A stretch of DNA of 64,000 bases from a virus. How positions within the stretch are numbered: the first letter of the stretch is position 1; every line of letters starts with the position of its first letter. Both the position numbers and the translations under genes were made by a program. The notes beneath the pieces were generated by a model. The model did not search any database, had not been told where the DNA came from, and saw nothing but the letters and a program-made list of their open reading frames with translations. The stretch lies in IMG/VR virus record IMGVR_UViG_3300020048_000017, positions 1 through 64,000 of that record. The stretch is one strand, 5' to 3'. Shown here one piece after another: positions 9,200 to 18,416 of the stretch.

Positions 9200-9343
9200 T
9201 CAAATAGCCCGAGTGAGGGCGATGCGGCTCTCGTTGCGAGCGAGGCGACGGACGAAATCCGCAACTTGCGCGTCTTCGATTTTTTCAGACGCAACGAGGC
9301 GGGCGGTGAGAGAGGAGAGGATAAGGGAGACGATTTCTTTCAT
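9200..9343 (-). CDS. 47-aa peptide, paralog of 13071-13214
   Basis: MKEIVSLILSSLTARLVASEKIEDAQVADFVRRLARNESRIALTRAI; leaderless start. Confidence 0.75.
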   Translation of the reverse strand: MKEIVSLILSSLTARLVASEKIEDAQVADFVRRLARNESRIALTRAI

Positions 9344-9473
9344 GGATCTAATCTATTCCACTTATTTAAAAAAGCAAGTATTAATTTGTCCAATTTTTCA
9401 TAGCAACTTCGCTGTTCAAACGAACAAAAAGGAGCCAAGGAAAAACCCCGCTTTCGCGGGGCCTCGGTTAGGG

Positions 9474-9794
9474 TTAAAGGGATTCAACGATATACTTGGC
9501 AGCGGCGAGCCCGATATCCGACCCGTGATGCGCGGGAAAAGCATGGGGGAATTTACGTCTGAGATAAGCCACGGCTTTCTCGTCATGATTGAAAGCCCCG
9601 CGAACCATTCTGATTGCGGGAATTTTCATATTCGCGTCCCTGTAGACGATGCGGGCTCCGTCGATGACCGCGTCAACCCGCCCTCGAAGGTAAGGATCTA
9701 CGGGCTCCACCGAGGCGGCGAGAAGGAGGTTAGCGTCCCTCTCGCGGAGAGCGGGGGATTCGATGAGGGCGGCGATGATCAGGTTTTTGTCCAT
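9474..9794 (-). CDS. hypothetical protein with ribosomal bL12 CTD-like motifs
   Basis: starts MDKNLIIAAL; KIPAIRMVR...IGLAAAKYIVES; paralog of 15695-16027. Confidence 0.55.
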   Translation of the reverse strand: MDKNLIIAALIESPALRERDANLLLAASVEPVDPYLRGRVDAVIDGARIVYRDANMKIPAIRMVRGAFNHDEKAVAYLRRKFPHAFPAHHGSDIGLAAAKYIVESL

Positions 9795-9799
9795 GCAAG

Positions 9800-9828
9800 A
9801 CAGTAGCACAGGTCTTTTTATTTGTCAA
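9800..9828 (-). promoter_or_regulatory. array promoter (representative)
   Basis: TTGACA-17 nt-TACTGT-5 nt-ATG. Confidence 0.8.
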
Positions 9829-9864
9829 ACGCTTTTTTACAATGTTTAGATTTTATTTCAGGGC

Positions 9865-10115
9865 TGTTCTTATGAACAATGTTTTTGATTTTAGTTTGAT
9901 TTGAAATGTTCAAACGAACAATGTTTTGATTTCATTCTATAAACTGTTTTGAGTCCATGTTCAAATGAACACCAATGATTTGATTTGGGTAATAATTTGA
10001 TTTCATGTTTAAACGAACAATTGTTTTGAATACGCAAACTGTTTTGAGCTGGCTGTTCAAATGAACATGTGTTTTGATTTGAATAAGTGATTTGAATGGT
10101 GTGTTCAAATGAACA
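9865..10115. promoter_or_regulatory. six SOS-type boxes with ~48-nt period
   Basis: 9865, 9907, 9958, 10006 (1 mismatch), 10054, 10102. Confidence 0.9.
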
Positions 10116-10157
10116 ACTACGTAGGCCGAAAAAACCCCGCTTTCGCGGGGCTTTCTG

Positions 10158-10331
10158 TTACGATGGAAAATAATAATTGATCTTACCAAAAAAACCGTTA
10201 GGGATCACACAAAGCCCGCTCCGAGTTCCGCCCTTTCCATTTACCCATTTACAGGGCTTGTATCGACTCCCGTCGAGAATGATTTCCGCCAAGGTCCAAC
10301 TGACTCCGTCAACAATTAAGGTTTCGTTCAT
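10158..10331 (-). CDS. hypothetical protein
   Basis: leaderless ATG 10331 behind TTGACA-17-TATCGT. Confidence 0.6.
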   Translation of the reverse strand: MNETLIVDGVSWTLAEIILDGSRYKPCKWVNGKGGTRSGLCVIPNGFFGKINYYFPS

Positions 10332-10401
10332 TCCCAACGATATCACATAGGTTTCCAATTGTCAACAAGTATTTTACTACTTCAAAATTATTTAGCCCTG
10401 C

Positions 10402-10492
10402 TTTTCATTTGAACACCCTTCCTTAAACTCCCGTGCCATTGTTCATTTGAACATGGTTGTTTCTGTATGTGGATAGGATGTTCATTTGAACA
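10402..10492. promoter_or_regulatory. three SOS-type boxes, 38-39-nt period
   Basis: 10402 (1 mismatch), 10440, 10479. Confidence 0.9.
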
Positions 10493-10543
10493 AATCGTAG
10501 GCAAAGAAAAACCCCGCATAAGGCGGGGTTCTCTCGTTTGTGA

Positions 10544-10717
10544 TTAGCTGAGGTCCCAGCTAGTGAGTCTTTTCAGGTGAGGCGTGAAATCTTCCCCCAT
10601 AGAACGAAGTCGCGAGTTATTGGCGTGACGGTTTCGGCGGCGAGCGCTCTTTTTGATCGGTGAGAAATTACCGCCCACCCAACGGCGAGCCAGTTTGATG
10701 TCAAGAGTTGAGTCCAT
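10544..10717 (-). CDS. 57-aa basic peptide
   Basis: MDSTLDIKLARRWVGG...KKSARRRNRH...TSWDLS*, followed by terminator. Confidence 0.6.
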   Translation of the reverse strand: MDSTLDIKLARRWVGGNFSPIKKSARRRNRHANNSRLRSMGEDFTPHLKRLTSWDLS

Positions 10718-10755
10718 TTTTTAAGATAGTCGCGGCTTTCTAATTTGTCAAACGA

Positions 10756-10947
10756 TTATTTCCAGCTCTTTCTGATGAGGTATTTTTCACCGATCAGAGC
10801 GGAACCCGTAAGGAACCCGCCCGACATGATCAGGGCGGTGAAAAGGTTAGGCTCTTTCGTCATCACAAATACCGGCATTGCGATTGCGATTAGAACGAGT
10901 CCAAAAAGGAGGATTATACAGAGAAGGATATCAAAAACGATTTTCAT
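10756..10947 (-). CDS. small two-TM membrane protein
   Basis: leaderless start behind TTGACA-17-TATAGT. Confidence 0.6.
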   Translation of the reverse strand: MKIVFDILLCIILLFGLVLIAIAMPVFVMTKEPNLFTALIMSGGFLTGSALIGEKYLIRKSWK

Positions 10948-11007
10948 TACTGGACTATAATACACTTTTTTCTAATTGTCAAATGCTTTTTAATAATCTT
11001 TTTCGAT

Positions 11008-11123
11008 TGTTCAAATGAACAATTGCTGCTTATGATTTCAGGCGAATGTTCAAACGAACAAATACCTTGTTGTTCATTTAAACAATGGTATTGGCTATGT
11101 GGTTTACGTTGTTCATTTGAACA
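11008..11123. promoter_or_regulatory. four SOS-type boxes
   Basis: 11008, 11047, 11110 perfect; 11072 one mismatch. Confidence 0.9.
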
Positions 11124-11166
11124 TTCCGATAATCGAGAAAAGCTCGCGCTAGGCGAGCCGTTCAGT

Positions 11167-11484
11167 TTAAGCAACAAATCCGTTGCAACCAATAACATTG
11201 CCCTTGTCATCGCGGATTAGTTCCGCAGGTGAAAGAAGGTCTTTCCGATCAGGCATGGCACTTTTCACCATTGCGGAAACGATGAGAAGTTTGCCCGCCT
11301 CCCGCTCTGGAAGGTTTTCAACCTCGCCGAAATAGCGGGAGAAAACTGGGATACCTCCCGCAGCCGTTCCGGTTCGAGAGAGGATTTGAGAAACCCTTGC
11401 GACAATGCCGCAAGGTGGAAACACGACGTGGTGAGTTTCATCAAGGATGACAACGATTTCATGGGGGGTGAGGTTTTCGACCAT
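11167..11484 (-). CDS. conserved hypothetical protein (NLTPH family)
   Basis: NLTPHEIV...PPCGIVARV...LIVSAMV...RKDLLSP...RDDKGNVIGC. Confidence 0.7.
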   Translation of the reverse strand: MVENLTPHEIVVILDETHHVVFPPCGIVARVSQILSRTGTAAGGIPVFSRYFGEVENLPEREAGKLLIVSAMVKSAMPDRKDLLSPAELIRDDKGNVIGCNGFVA

Positions 11485-11543
11485 GAGAGACTTTAAACTA
11501 GAAAGTCTAATTTGTCAAACTCTTTTTTCAATTAGATTTCATT

Positions 11544-11673
11544 TGTTCATTTGAACGTGGTTCTACTCTATGTGTGTAATGTGTTCGTTTGAACACCCCC
11601 CCCATATCCTTATCGTTGTATTGTTCATTTGAACCTATGTGTTTCTATGGTGGTATTTTCGTTCATTTGAACA
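11544..11673. promoter_or_regulatory. four SOS-type boxes, 38-40-nt period
   Basis: 11544, 11582, 11622, 11660. Confidence 0.88.
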
Positions 11674-11714
11674 TTTTCTTAAACGAGAAAACCCCGCTTT
11701 CGCAGGGCTCTCTT

Positions 11715-12032
11715 TTACATGACGAAAACGAGATTGTGCATAGAGAGTTTTTGATATGTCGCTTTCACGATCTCACAAAATTCCTGAGTGTAGATTGAGG
11801 GCCTTTCGCTTTCGCCTGTCACGTAGCTTTCCAGATTATCAAACCAACGAGAGGCGAGAAACGAACCGATTTCATTGTGGCGGTTGAGAAGTTGACGGGC
11901 ACGACACCCCATTCGATATTCACGGGACCATTGCCCCGTATGGTAATGAGCGCTCCACAGCATGATTCCGATGAGTGATGCGATACGATTGTAATCTTTA
12001 ATTTTGAGTGGGTGCGTATAATAGGTTTTCAT
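11715..12032 (-). CDS. hypothetical protein
   Basis: array unit. Confidence 0.65.
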   Translation of the reverse strand: MKTYYTHPLKIKDYNRIASLIGIMLWSAHYHTGQWSREYRMGCRARQLLNRHNEIGSFLASRWFDNLESYVTGESERPSIYTQEFCEIVKATYQKLSMHNLVFVM

Positions 12033-12093
12033 GGTATTTTAATCTATGCGCGTTTTGAAATAAGTCAACAATTATTTTACCCTATCTTTCGAT

Positions 12094-12146
12094 TGTTCAT
12101 TTGAACATGTTTCTAATTCTCTTTTTATGCTTTGTTCATTTGAACA
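12094..12146. promoter_or_regulatory. two SOS-type boxes
   Basis: 12094 and 12133, both TGTTCATTTGAACA. Confidence 0.9.
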
Positions 12147-12188
12147 TTTCAACCACCGAAAAAACCCCGCTTTCGCGGGGCGTTCGGA

Positions 12189-12443
12189 TTAGAGGATGTA
12201 ACAGGTCAGCTCATAGGTGCCGCTGCTCATGCGGTAGATCGTGATATGGAAATACTTTTTAGTAGCTTTTCCTTTCAGCTCGACGATGGAAAGATGAGCT
12301 TGCTTCGTTTCCTCATATTTCAGGCCTTCGCTGAATTGTTCGTGGACTTCGCTCTGCGCAATAGAGGCGCGGGAATTGGCCGCGTGATTGATCGCGGCAT
12401 CAAGAGCTTGTGAGAGGGTGGCGTGGTAGATGGGGTATTCCAT
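12189..12443 (-). CDS. conserved phage hypothetical protein
   Basis: YHATLSQAL...HITIYRMSSGTYEL pattern. Confidence 0.65.
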   Translation of the reverse strand: MEYPIYHATLSQALDAAINHAANSRASIAQSEVHEQFSEGLKYEETKQAHLSIVELKGKATKKYFHITIYRMSSGTYELTCYIL

Positions 12444-12526
12444 TCCAGACAGTAAACCAGTTATTTCTAATTGTCAAACGGTTATTTCATCATTTTGAAT
12501 TATAATTTCCATAACGAACGAGGGGT

Positions 12527-12616
12527 TGTTCAAATGAACATGGCGGCTCTATTATTTAGGAGTATGTTCAAATGAACATTTTGAATAAGTCGTTCTAGCG
12601 TTTGTTCTAACGAACA
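12527..12616. promoter_or_regulatory. three SOS-type boxes, 38-nt period
   Basis: 12527, 12565, 12603. Confidence 0.9.
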
Positions 12617-12658
12617 TATTTATGGCAAAAAGAAAACCGCCCCGAAGGGCGGCTTCGA

Positions 12659-12898
12659 TCACTCGACAATTGTCACCGTAGCGTCCCCCCGAAGGATATC
12701 CAAATTTTCGAGAGTGTAGGGAACCCCGAGGAGATCCTTTTTACAGTTATCCTCCTCATCCCAGTATTCGCCATAGACTTCGAACATGCCCTCTCCGCAG
12801 TTGAGGATAAATCCCTCATGGCTTTTGAAGTCCACGAAAATGATGAAGCGCCCTTTTTCGGCGGTGACGATTGAGATGAAGTAATGGGTGTTTTCCAT
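12659..12898 (-). CDS. hypothetical protein
   Basis: array unit. Confidence 0.65.
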   Translation of the reverse strand: MENTHYFISIVTAEKGRFIIFVDFKSHEGFILNCGEGMFEVYGEYWDEEDNCKKDLLGVPYTLENLDILRGDATVTIVE

Positions 12899-13070
12899 AG
12901 AACACAGTAATCTAGTCTTTTCTAATTGTCAACAACTATTTTACTACTGTTTTCATTTTGTTCGTTTGAACATTTTCGTAGGGTGATTTGATTTTGTTCT
13001 AATGGACAACCCGCGAACAAAAGAGAGGGCGCAACGTATTGAGCCCCCTCCCACCATGTTTACCCAAAAA

Positions 13071-13214
13071 TTAGATTGCCCGCCCAAGGGCGAGACGGCT
13101 CTCGTTTCGAGCGAGACGCTTCGCGAAATCAGCCACGGCGGGGTCTTCGATTTTGGCAGCAGCCGCAAGACGATTCGAGAGAGAGTTTAAAATGATGTGC
13201 AAGGTTTCTTTCAT
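13071..13214 (-). CDS. 47-aa peptide, paralog of 9200-9343
   Basis: MKETLHIILNSLSNRLAAAAKIEDPAVADFAKRLARNESRLALGRAI. Confidence 0.75.
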   Translation of the reverse strand: MKETLHIILNSLSNRLAAAAKIEDPAVADFAKRLARNESRLALGRAI

Positions 13215-13370
13215 GTAATCAATATAGCAGGGTTTTAAAATAAGTCAACAATTGAATTGTATTATTTTCACCCCCAATCGCGCCATGTTAATTTGAACAC
13301 TATTAATTACACTGGATGTTCATTTGAACATTTTACGGATAAAGAGAAACCCGCGCAAGGCGGGCGGCTC

Positions 13371-13538
13371 TTATTCTGAAAGTGGGTTAGCTTGCAACCT
13401 ACGGTTTAGCCTTATATAACCAGCATACATAGCGAGCAACTCGCGGGACCAGCGGCGATGAGCCACGTTTTCGTGGTGGCGATCCCTGAAAGCTTTCCTG
13501 ACGATCACCATACACCGCTCTTGATAATTGAAGTTCAT
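13371..13538 (-). CDS. hypothetical protein
   Basis: leaderless ATG 13538. Confidence 0.55.
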   Translation of the reverse strand: MNFNYQERCMVIVRKAFRDRHHENVAHRRWSRELLAMYAGYIRLNRRLQANPLSE

Positions 13539-13652
13539 AAGTGACAATAGACGGCTTTTTAAATATGTCAACATTTGTTTTATCAAGGATTTATTTTGTT
13601 CAAATGGACATTTTATTGATAAGGGAAAACCCGCTCAAAGCGGGCTGTCCTT

Positions 13653-13874
13653 TTAGAGAGGAGTTCTCATCATTTTGGCGATCTGAGCCGTATTCATTGC
13701 GATACATCCGAAAGGTCTAGAGGTCGAAGGGTCATGCACGTATTGCCCCGCTCGGCGCTTAGCTTTGTTCCCATTGCCGCGAGCGCTTGCGGATTCCAAG
13801 TTCATTTTAATAATGCACCGAATCATTTTTGGATAGCGTGACGTAGGGTGAAGAGAGTTAAGTAATATCATCAT
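13653..13874 (-). CDS. hypothetical protein
   Basis: array unit. Confidence 0.5.
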   Translation of the reverse strand: MMILLNSLHPTSRYPKMIRCIIKMNLESASARGNGNKAKRRAGQYVHDPSTSRPFGCIAMNTAQIAKMMRTPL

Positions 13875-14030
13875 TTACATTGTATATTAGATTTTAGAAT
13901 TGTCAAGCGTTATTTTACTAATTAGGAGCGATGTTCAAACGAACATCTCGTTTCTTCGTAGTGTATGGGGTTATGTTCAAATGAACTTTTAGTAGACACA
14001 AAGAGACCCGCGCAAGGCGGGCCTAGTTGG

Positions 14031-14312
14031 TTAAAGTTTCGCAATCCTTCCGACGATTTCCATCACTTCGTTGGCGGGGATGTATCCCAGAACGTCTGGA
14101 GTGATCGGGGTTGAGTAGTCCAGAGAACCATCTTTCATAACCGCGATTTCCCAGAGTCCTTCCTCGCCACCGTAGGAATAAGGATTCTGGACGATTGAAG
14201 CAGAGTAGCCGTTAGGCAGATCCACAACGAAGCGGTGACCCCCAGCGTGAGCTTGATAATGCACGTTCGCAAAATTTAGATCGGCAGGTTTGGTAAAAAA
14301 GGTGATTTCCAT
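14031..14312 (-). CDS. conserved phage hypothetical protein
   Basis: LPNGYSASIV...SYGGEEGLWEIAV...YSTPITPDVLGY widespread phage pattern. Confidence 0.7.
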   Translation of the reverse strand: MEITFFTKPADLNFANVHYQAHAGGHRFVVDLPNGYSASIVQNPYSYGGEEGLWEIAVMKDGSLDYSTPITPDVLGYIPANEVMEIVGRIAKL

Positions 14313-14462
14313 TTTTAAATCTATCACACAATAAATTAAATGCAAGTTCTTTTTATCAATTATTTTCAACGTGTTCAAATGAACAACTTAAGCGATTTGT
14401 TCTAATGAACATTTTATTGATAAGAGAAAACCCTCCCCGAGGGGAGGGCTCTCGCCCTTATC

Positions 14463-14714
14463 TCAATCGTAAGCCATCAGGGTTCCGTTGTCGTAGGGTT
14501 CGCAAAAGAAACCGAACTTGGCCAAGGTGTCAACTAGCTCAGGATGAAATTGCTCCGCAGAGTATGGACTGAAGTAACGTCGCCCGTCAGGGTGACATTC
14601 TCCCTCCATGCGAAACCAAACCCCTCCTTCTTGACCGTCCCACTCGACAGTGGAAACGGCATTGATATTCGGAAATTTCTTGTTCAGCGTGTCAATCAGT
14701 TTTTGGATTTTCAT
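14463..14714 (-). CDS. conserved phage hypothetical protein
   Basis: GGVWFRMEGE...HPELVDTLAKFGFFCEPYDNGTLMAY. Confidence 0.65.
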   Translation of the reverse strand: MKIQKLIDTLNKKFPNINAVSTVEWDGQEGGVWFRMEGECHPDGRRYFSPYSAEQFHPELVDTLAKFGFFCEPYDNGTLMAYD

Positions 14715-14917
14715 AGGTGGTGCGGCTTTGCCGTGAGGTAAGGTATCACAGTTCTTTTTAAAAGTCAAACGGTTTTTAATTCATTTTTAATTATAATTTC
14801 CATAATGTTCAATCGAACAACGTTTTGAATTGTTCAAATTTTTAATATGTTCGTTTGAACCAATGTTCTTATGAACAAGTTCTAGGCAAAAGAAAACCCG
14901 CTTGCGCGGGCTTAGCT

Positions 14918-15190
14918 TTAAAGAAGCCTGTCGGGGGATATGTAGTTAACCCCTAAGTGACTGTCAAAGTAGTGATTCTTTTCCCCGATAGTGATTCGTA
15001 GAGTCTGGTAAGCCCCGCAACATTCGCAGTCACCCATGCCGCCCTCAGCCGTTGCCTTGCGAAGTTTTTTACCTCGCCCTTTTCTGATGCTCAAAACAAA
15101 CTTTTCATCGAAGGAAATATCCTTTTCGTTAAGTAGATTGTTAAATTCCCAAACGCCTAGCCCGTCTTTTGGTATGGTGATAAATTTCAT
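14918..15190 (-). CDS. hypothetical protein
   Basis: array unit, CECC motif. Confidence 0.6.
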   Translation of the reverse strand: MKFITIPKDGLGVWEFNNLLNEKDISFDEKFVLSIRKGRGKKLRKATAEGGMGDCECCGAYQTLRITIGEKNHYFDSHLGVNYISPDRLL

Positions 15191-15318
15191 GGTAAAGCAA
15201 TATAGCGCAGCTTTCTAATTTGTCAACACTTATTTTATCAGGTATTTGATTTTGTTCAAATGAACTTACGCAGATAGGGAAAAGGGGCTGGCACTCGCCA
15301 GCCCCTACCATGACCACC

Positions 15319-15555
15319 TTAAATTTTCACGAAGACAGGAAAGCCGAAGTGTTTCATTGCTTCGAATGGGTTAGTGAAAGCGTTGGATTTGTAACCAACG
15401 TAATAAGAGCTTTTCTTACCCATTTCAACCACAGTTCCGGTCATGAGACCTTTCCCGTTTTTGATCCTCTCATATTCTCCATCTGGGAGTTCGAGGATAA
15501 ATTGTTCATTTTTCGGACAAGGTCCGACGTTTCCGATGTAAAGCATTCTGGTCAT
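15319..15555 (-). CDS. hypothetical protein
   Basis: array unit. Confidence 0.6.
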   Translation of the reverse strand: MTRMLYIGNVGPCPKNEQFILELPDGEYERIKNGKGLMTGTVVEMGKKSSYYVGYKSNAFTNPFEAMKHFGFPVFVKI

Positions 15556-15694
15556 AAATTAATATAACACACTATTTTAAATTGTCAAACGCTTTTTGTA
15601 TATATTTTTCGATTGTTCAAATGAACGCAAGTATAGACAATGTTCAAATGAACAAACTCTAGGCAAAAGAAAAGCCCCTTGCGGGGCATGACCC

Positions 15695-16027
15695 TTAGAG
15701 GTCTTTCGCGATATCCTCGACGATAGCTTTCGAGAAAGCCAGCCCGAGGGTGTTTCTGCCGTCGTAATAGTTCGTGAGAATCGCCATGTCGGGCATCAGG
15801 AGGAGACCGAACGCCTTGGTGAAATACGCAGAAACGTCAGATTGATAAGCCAACTGGCGGAGGAGTTTAATGGCGGCGATTTTGCCCTCGCTCACAAAAC
15901 GATCACCGATCATTTAGATTTCTGGGCGAACGAAGACGGGGGACATTTTTTCCGCAAGGAAATCTGCTGCGTAATTGCGGAAAGAAGGAGATTCGGCGAG
16001 GATGGCTATGATAAGGTTTTTGTCCAT
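15695..16027 (-). pseudogene. split paralog of 9474-9794 (37 aa, in-frame TAA, then ATG and 72 aa)
   Basis: MDKNLIIAILAESP...RPEI*MIGDRFVSEGKIAAIKLLR...LGLAFSKAIVED; TAA at 15914-15916. Confidence 0.6.
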
Positions 16028-16181
16028 GGGTAACCATATCACATGTTGAATCATTGTCAAATGGTTTTATTGCCTATTTTGAAATTGTTCATTTGAACTA
16101 AAGTCGAAGCATTGTTCATTTGAACACGCCAACGTAAAAAAATGGGGGCGAGCACTCGCCCGCCCCCGCTCCATGACCACC

Positions 16182-16409
16182 TTAAAAATATTGCACGCCC
16201 GCCATCGTCGCGGCTCTGTAATTCTGTTGTGCCTCAAGATCTTCGAAATCGTATTCGTCGGTAAAGTTAGGATCGAGGAACGAGCGAAGGGATTCACAGT
16301 ATTCCTGATCCGTCCCCTTAAAGTGAATGATTCGAGTGATTTTCTTTCCTTCGCAGATCGCTTTGCCGACTTCGCTACGAGTTACTTTTGAGAGAGAGGT
16401 GATGTGCAT
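16182..16409 (-). CDS. hypothetical protein
   Basis: array unit. Confidence 0.6.
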   Translation of the reverse strand: MHITSLSKVTRSEVGKAICEGKKITRIIHFKGTDQEYCESLRSFLDPNFTDEYDFEDLEAQQNYRAATMAGVQYF

Positions 16410-16540
16410 GAATCAATATAGCATAGGTTTTAAATAAGTCAAGCGTTTTTTTATTACTTCTTCAAAATATATTAGCTCTGTTCATTTGAACGGCCGCTAT
16501 CTGATTATGTTCATTTGAACCGTGTATAAGGGTTTCCCCT

Positions 16541-16978
16541 TTAGCAGATTAGGTTTTCAATTCTTGTAAATTCTCCAACGCAAGCGGAAAGGGCTATTTC
16601 CATGTCTTCGATACATTCGCCATCGAAAGCCCCGCACAAGTGAACCTCTGAGCCTTTAAGGCCCTTTATCCATTCTGGAGTATGGACCACCTCCGAATGA
16701 CTCCCACCTTCCACATATTCGTTTTCGTTTAGGAACATGTCAGGTTCCCACCCATACCCGTAATCGTGCCACTCGCTAACGTAATCGGCGAGACCCGTTT
16801 CGATATGAACATCTTGAGCTTTCCAGTCCTCAAACTGAGTTAAGATGACTTTATCGAATCCGTTCTCTTCGATGTGATCGCGAACGTTTAAACACCATTC
16901 GAAGCAGTCTTTACCGCTCAGCTTAATTAGTGAAGCTTCCCACATTGGCTCTAGGTGATGGACGATCAAAACTTTCAT
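16541..16978 (-). CDS. hypothetical protein, possible cysteine-hydrolase (isochorismatase-like) fold
   Basis: KVLIVHH...VHLCGAFDGECIED. Confidence 0.35.
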   Translation of the reverse strand: MKVLIVHHLEPMWEASLIKLSGKDCFEWCLNVRDHIEENGFDKVILTQFEDWKAQDVHIETGLADYVSEWHDYGYGWEPDMFLNENEYVEGGSHSEVVHTPEWIKGLKGSEVHLCGAFDGECIEDMEIALSACVGEFTRIENLIC

Positions 16979-17066
16979 AAATAACAATAGCGCGGATTTA
17001 TTATTTGTCAAGAGCTTTTTATTTAAATGTCAAAAATGTTCATTTGAACCCTATGGGGGTTTCCCC

Positions 17067-17633
17067 TCACATGGAGAGGATTTCGTTTTTGTTAGAGGGT
17101 TCCATTTCGATGTGTTCCCCGTAGTAAAATTCCACCTTGCTTTTTGAGATAGCTTCCGCCGCGTCTCTCAGGCCTTGAGGCACTTCAGGCTCGTTTCTCA
17201 TGTGGCTATCCCATGACATTGTATTGGCGAGCATGAACGGTTTGAAATAGGTAACGTCATTACTGAGCCAAATCTTTTCAATTGCACTCGCGGGAATAGG
17301 TTCGCGAGAGACTACCGCCCCGTGCATGTTTTCACATGAATCGTCAGGCTCGTAATTCACCGCCGACGCTTTGACTTGGAAAATCACAAGGTGAGAGCAA
17401 TTGTTTTGAATCACGGAATTTTCGGCGGCATCTTTTGCGTATTCGATACAGAGATTGTCGGAATATTTCGCTTCTTCTCCATTACTTTTAGCTACGTCTT
17501 TCAGAGACCAAAAATAATTGTATCCCGCTGAAACGTTCCAGATTTGTTCCCCCTCGTTTCCATCGAAACCGTTTTCGAGGATCGCTTGAGCGTTTTTTAG
17601 ACAGGTGCCGTGAAAGAGGTAGTTTGCGGTCAT
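17067..17633 (-). CDS. putative ADP-ribosyltransferase-fold protein
   Basis: LFHGTCLKNAQAILENGF...YNYFW...LVIFQV...IPASAIEKIW. Confidence 0.45.
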   Translation of the reverse strand: MTANYLFHGTCLKNAQAILENGFDGNEGEQIWNVSAGYNYFWSLKDVAKSNGEEAKYSDNLCIEYAKDAAENSVIQNNCSHLVIFQVKASAVNYEPDDSCENMHGAVVSREPIPASAIEKIWLSNDVTYFKPFMLANTMSWDSHMRNEPEVPQGLRDAAEAISKSKVEFYYGEHIEMEPSNKNEILSM

Positions 17634-17867
17634 GGTTAAGCATAACACGACTTATTAATTTGTCAACTCTTTTAATTCTATTATTTCACTTTGTTCAAAT
17701 GAACGCGAACGCATGTATTTTGCTTTTGTATGCGATCACATGTTCAAATGAACATTTGGGGCATAAAAAAAAACGAGAGAGGATTGGAGCCCCTCCCGCC
17801 TTTTCGTATCTTCTCTCACCGCGCATGGCGGATTTTTGCCGTAAGGTCAAGCCCTACGGTATGGGAG

Positions 17868-18065
17868 TTAATAAGAATACAAAAGATCTTCAACCCCTTC
17901 CCCGTCAATCCCGTAATGGTTCATAATATCCATGGGATCTTCGAACTTTCCCTTTCCTTCGATCAGTTTGTCGAAGTGTTTCTTGATAGCTTTTTTCGTG
18001 GATTCGATTTGCTTAGGGGTTTTGCCCTGCCCTTCGAGACATTTGGTAATACAATCTTTGGCCAT
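17868..18065 (-). CDS. hypothetical protein
   Basis: array unit. Confidence 0.6.
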   Translation of the reverse strand: MAKDCITKCLEGQGKTPKQIESTKKAIKKHFDKLIEGKGKFEDPMDIMNHYGIDGEGVEDLLYSY

Positions 18066-18217
18066 GTTCTACAATACCACAGATAAAATTAAAGTCAAGC
18101 GCTTTTTATTACTACTTTGAAAATGTTCGTTTGAACAGTCTCTACAGCTTTGTTCATTTGAACATCCGTTCGTAAAAAAATGGGGCGAGCACTCGCCCGC
18201 CCCAAGGTATGACCACC

Positions 18218-18394
18218 TCAAAAAGTTCTGTCGTCCCGAATTTCTACGGTAGCCCCATCCCCGTAGTATTTGATCAGCTTAACGATGATCTTGAGCCGTT
18301 CGGTGTCATCCTTTGCGGGGTCTTGCCCGTAGGTTTCGGGGTCGCGAAAGGAAACGTGAGTATCGGAGATAGTAATGAAGAGGTGCTTTTCCAT
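18218..18394 (-). CDS. 58-aa hypothetical protein
   Basis: MEKHLFITISD...RDDRTF*, own leaderless promoter and terminator. Confidence 0.6.
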   Translation of the reverse strand: MEKHLFITISDTHVSFRDPETYGQDPAKDDTERLKIIVKLIKYYGDGATVEIRDDRTF

Positions 18395-18416
18395 TCTTCA
18401 CTATACCACACGTTTT

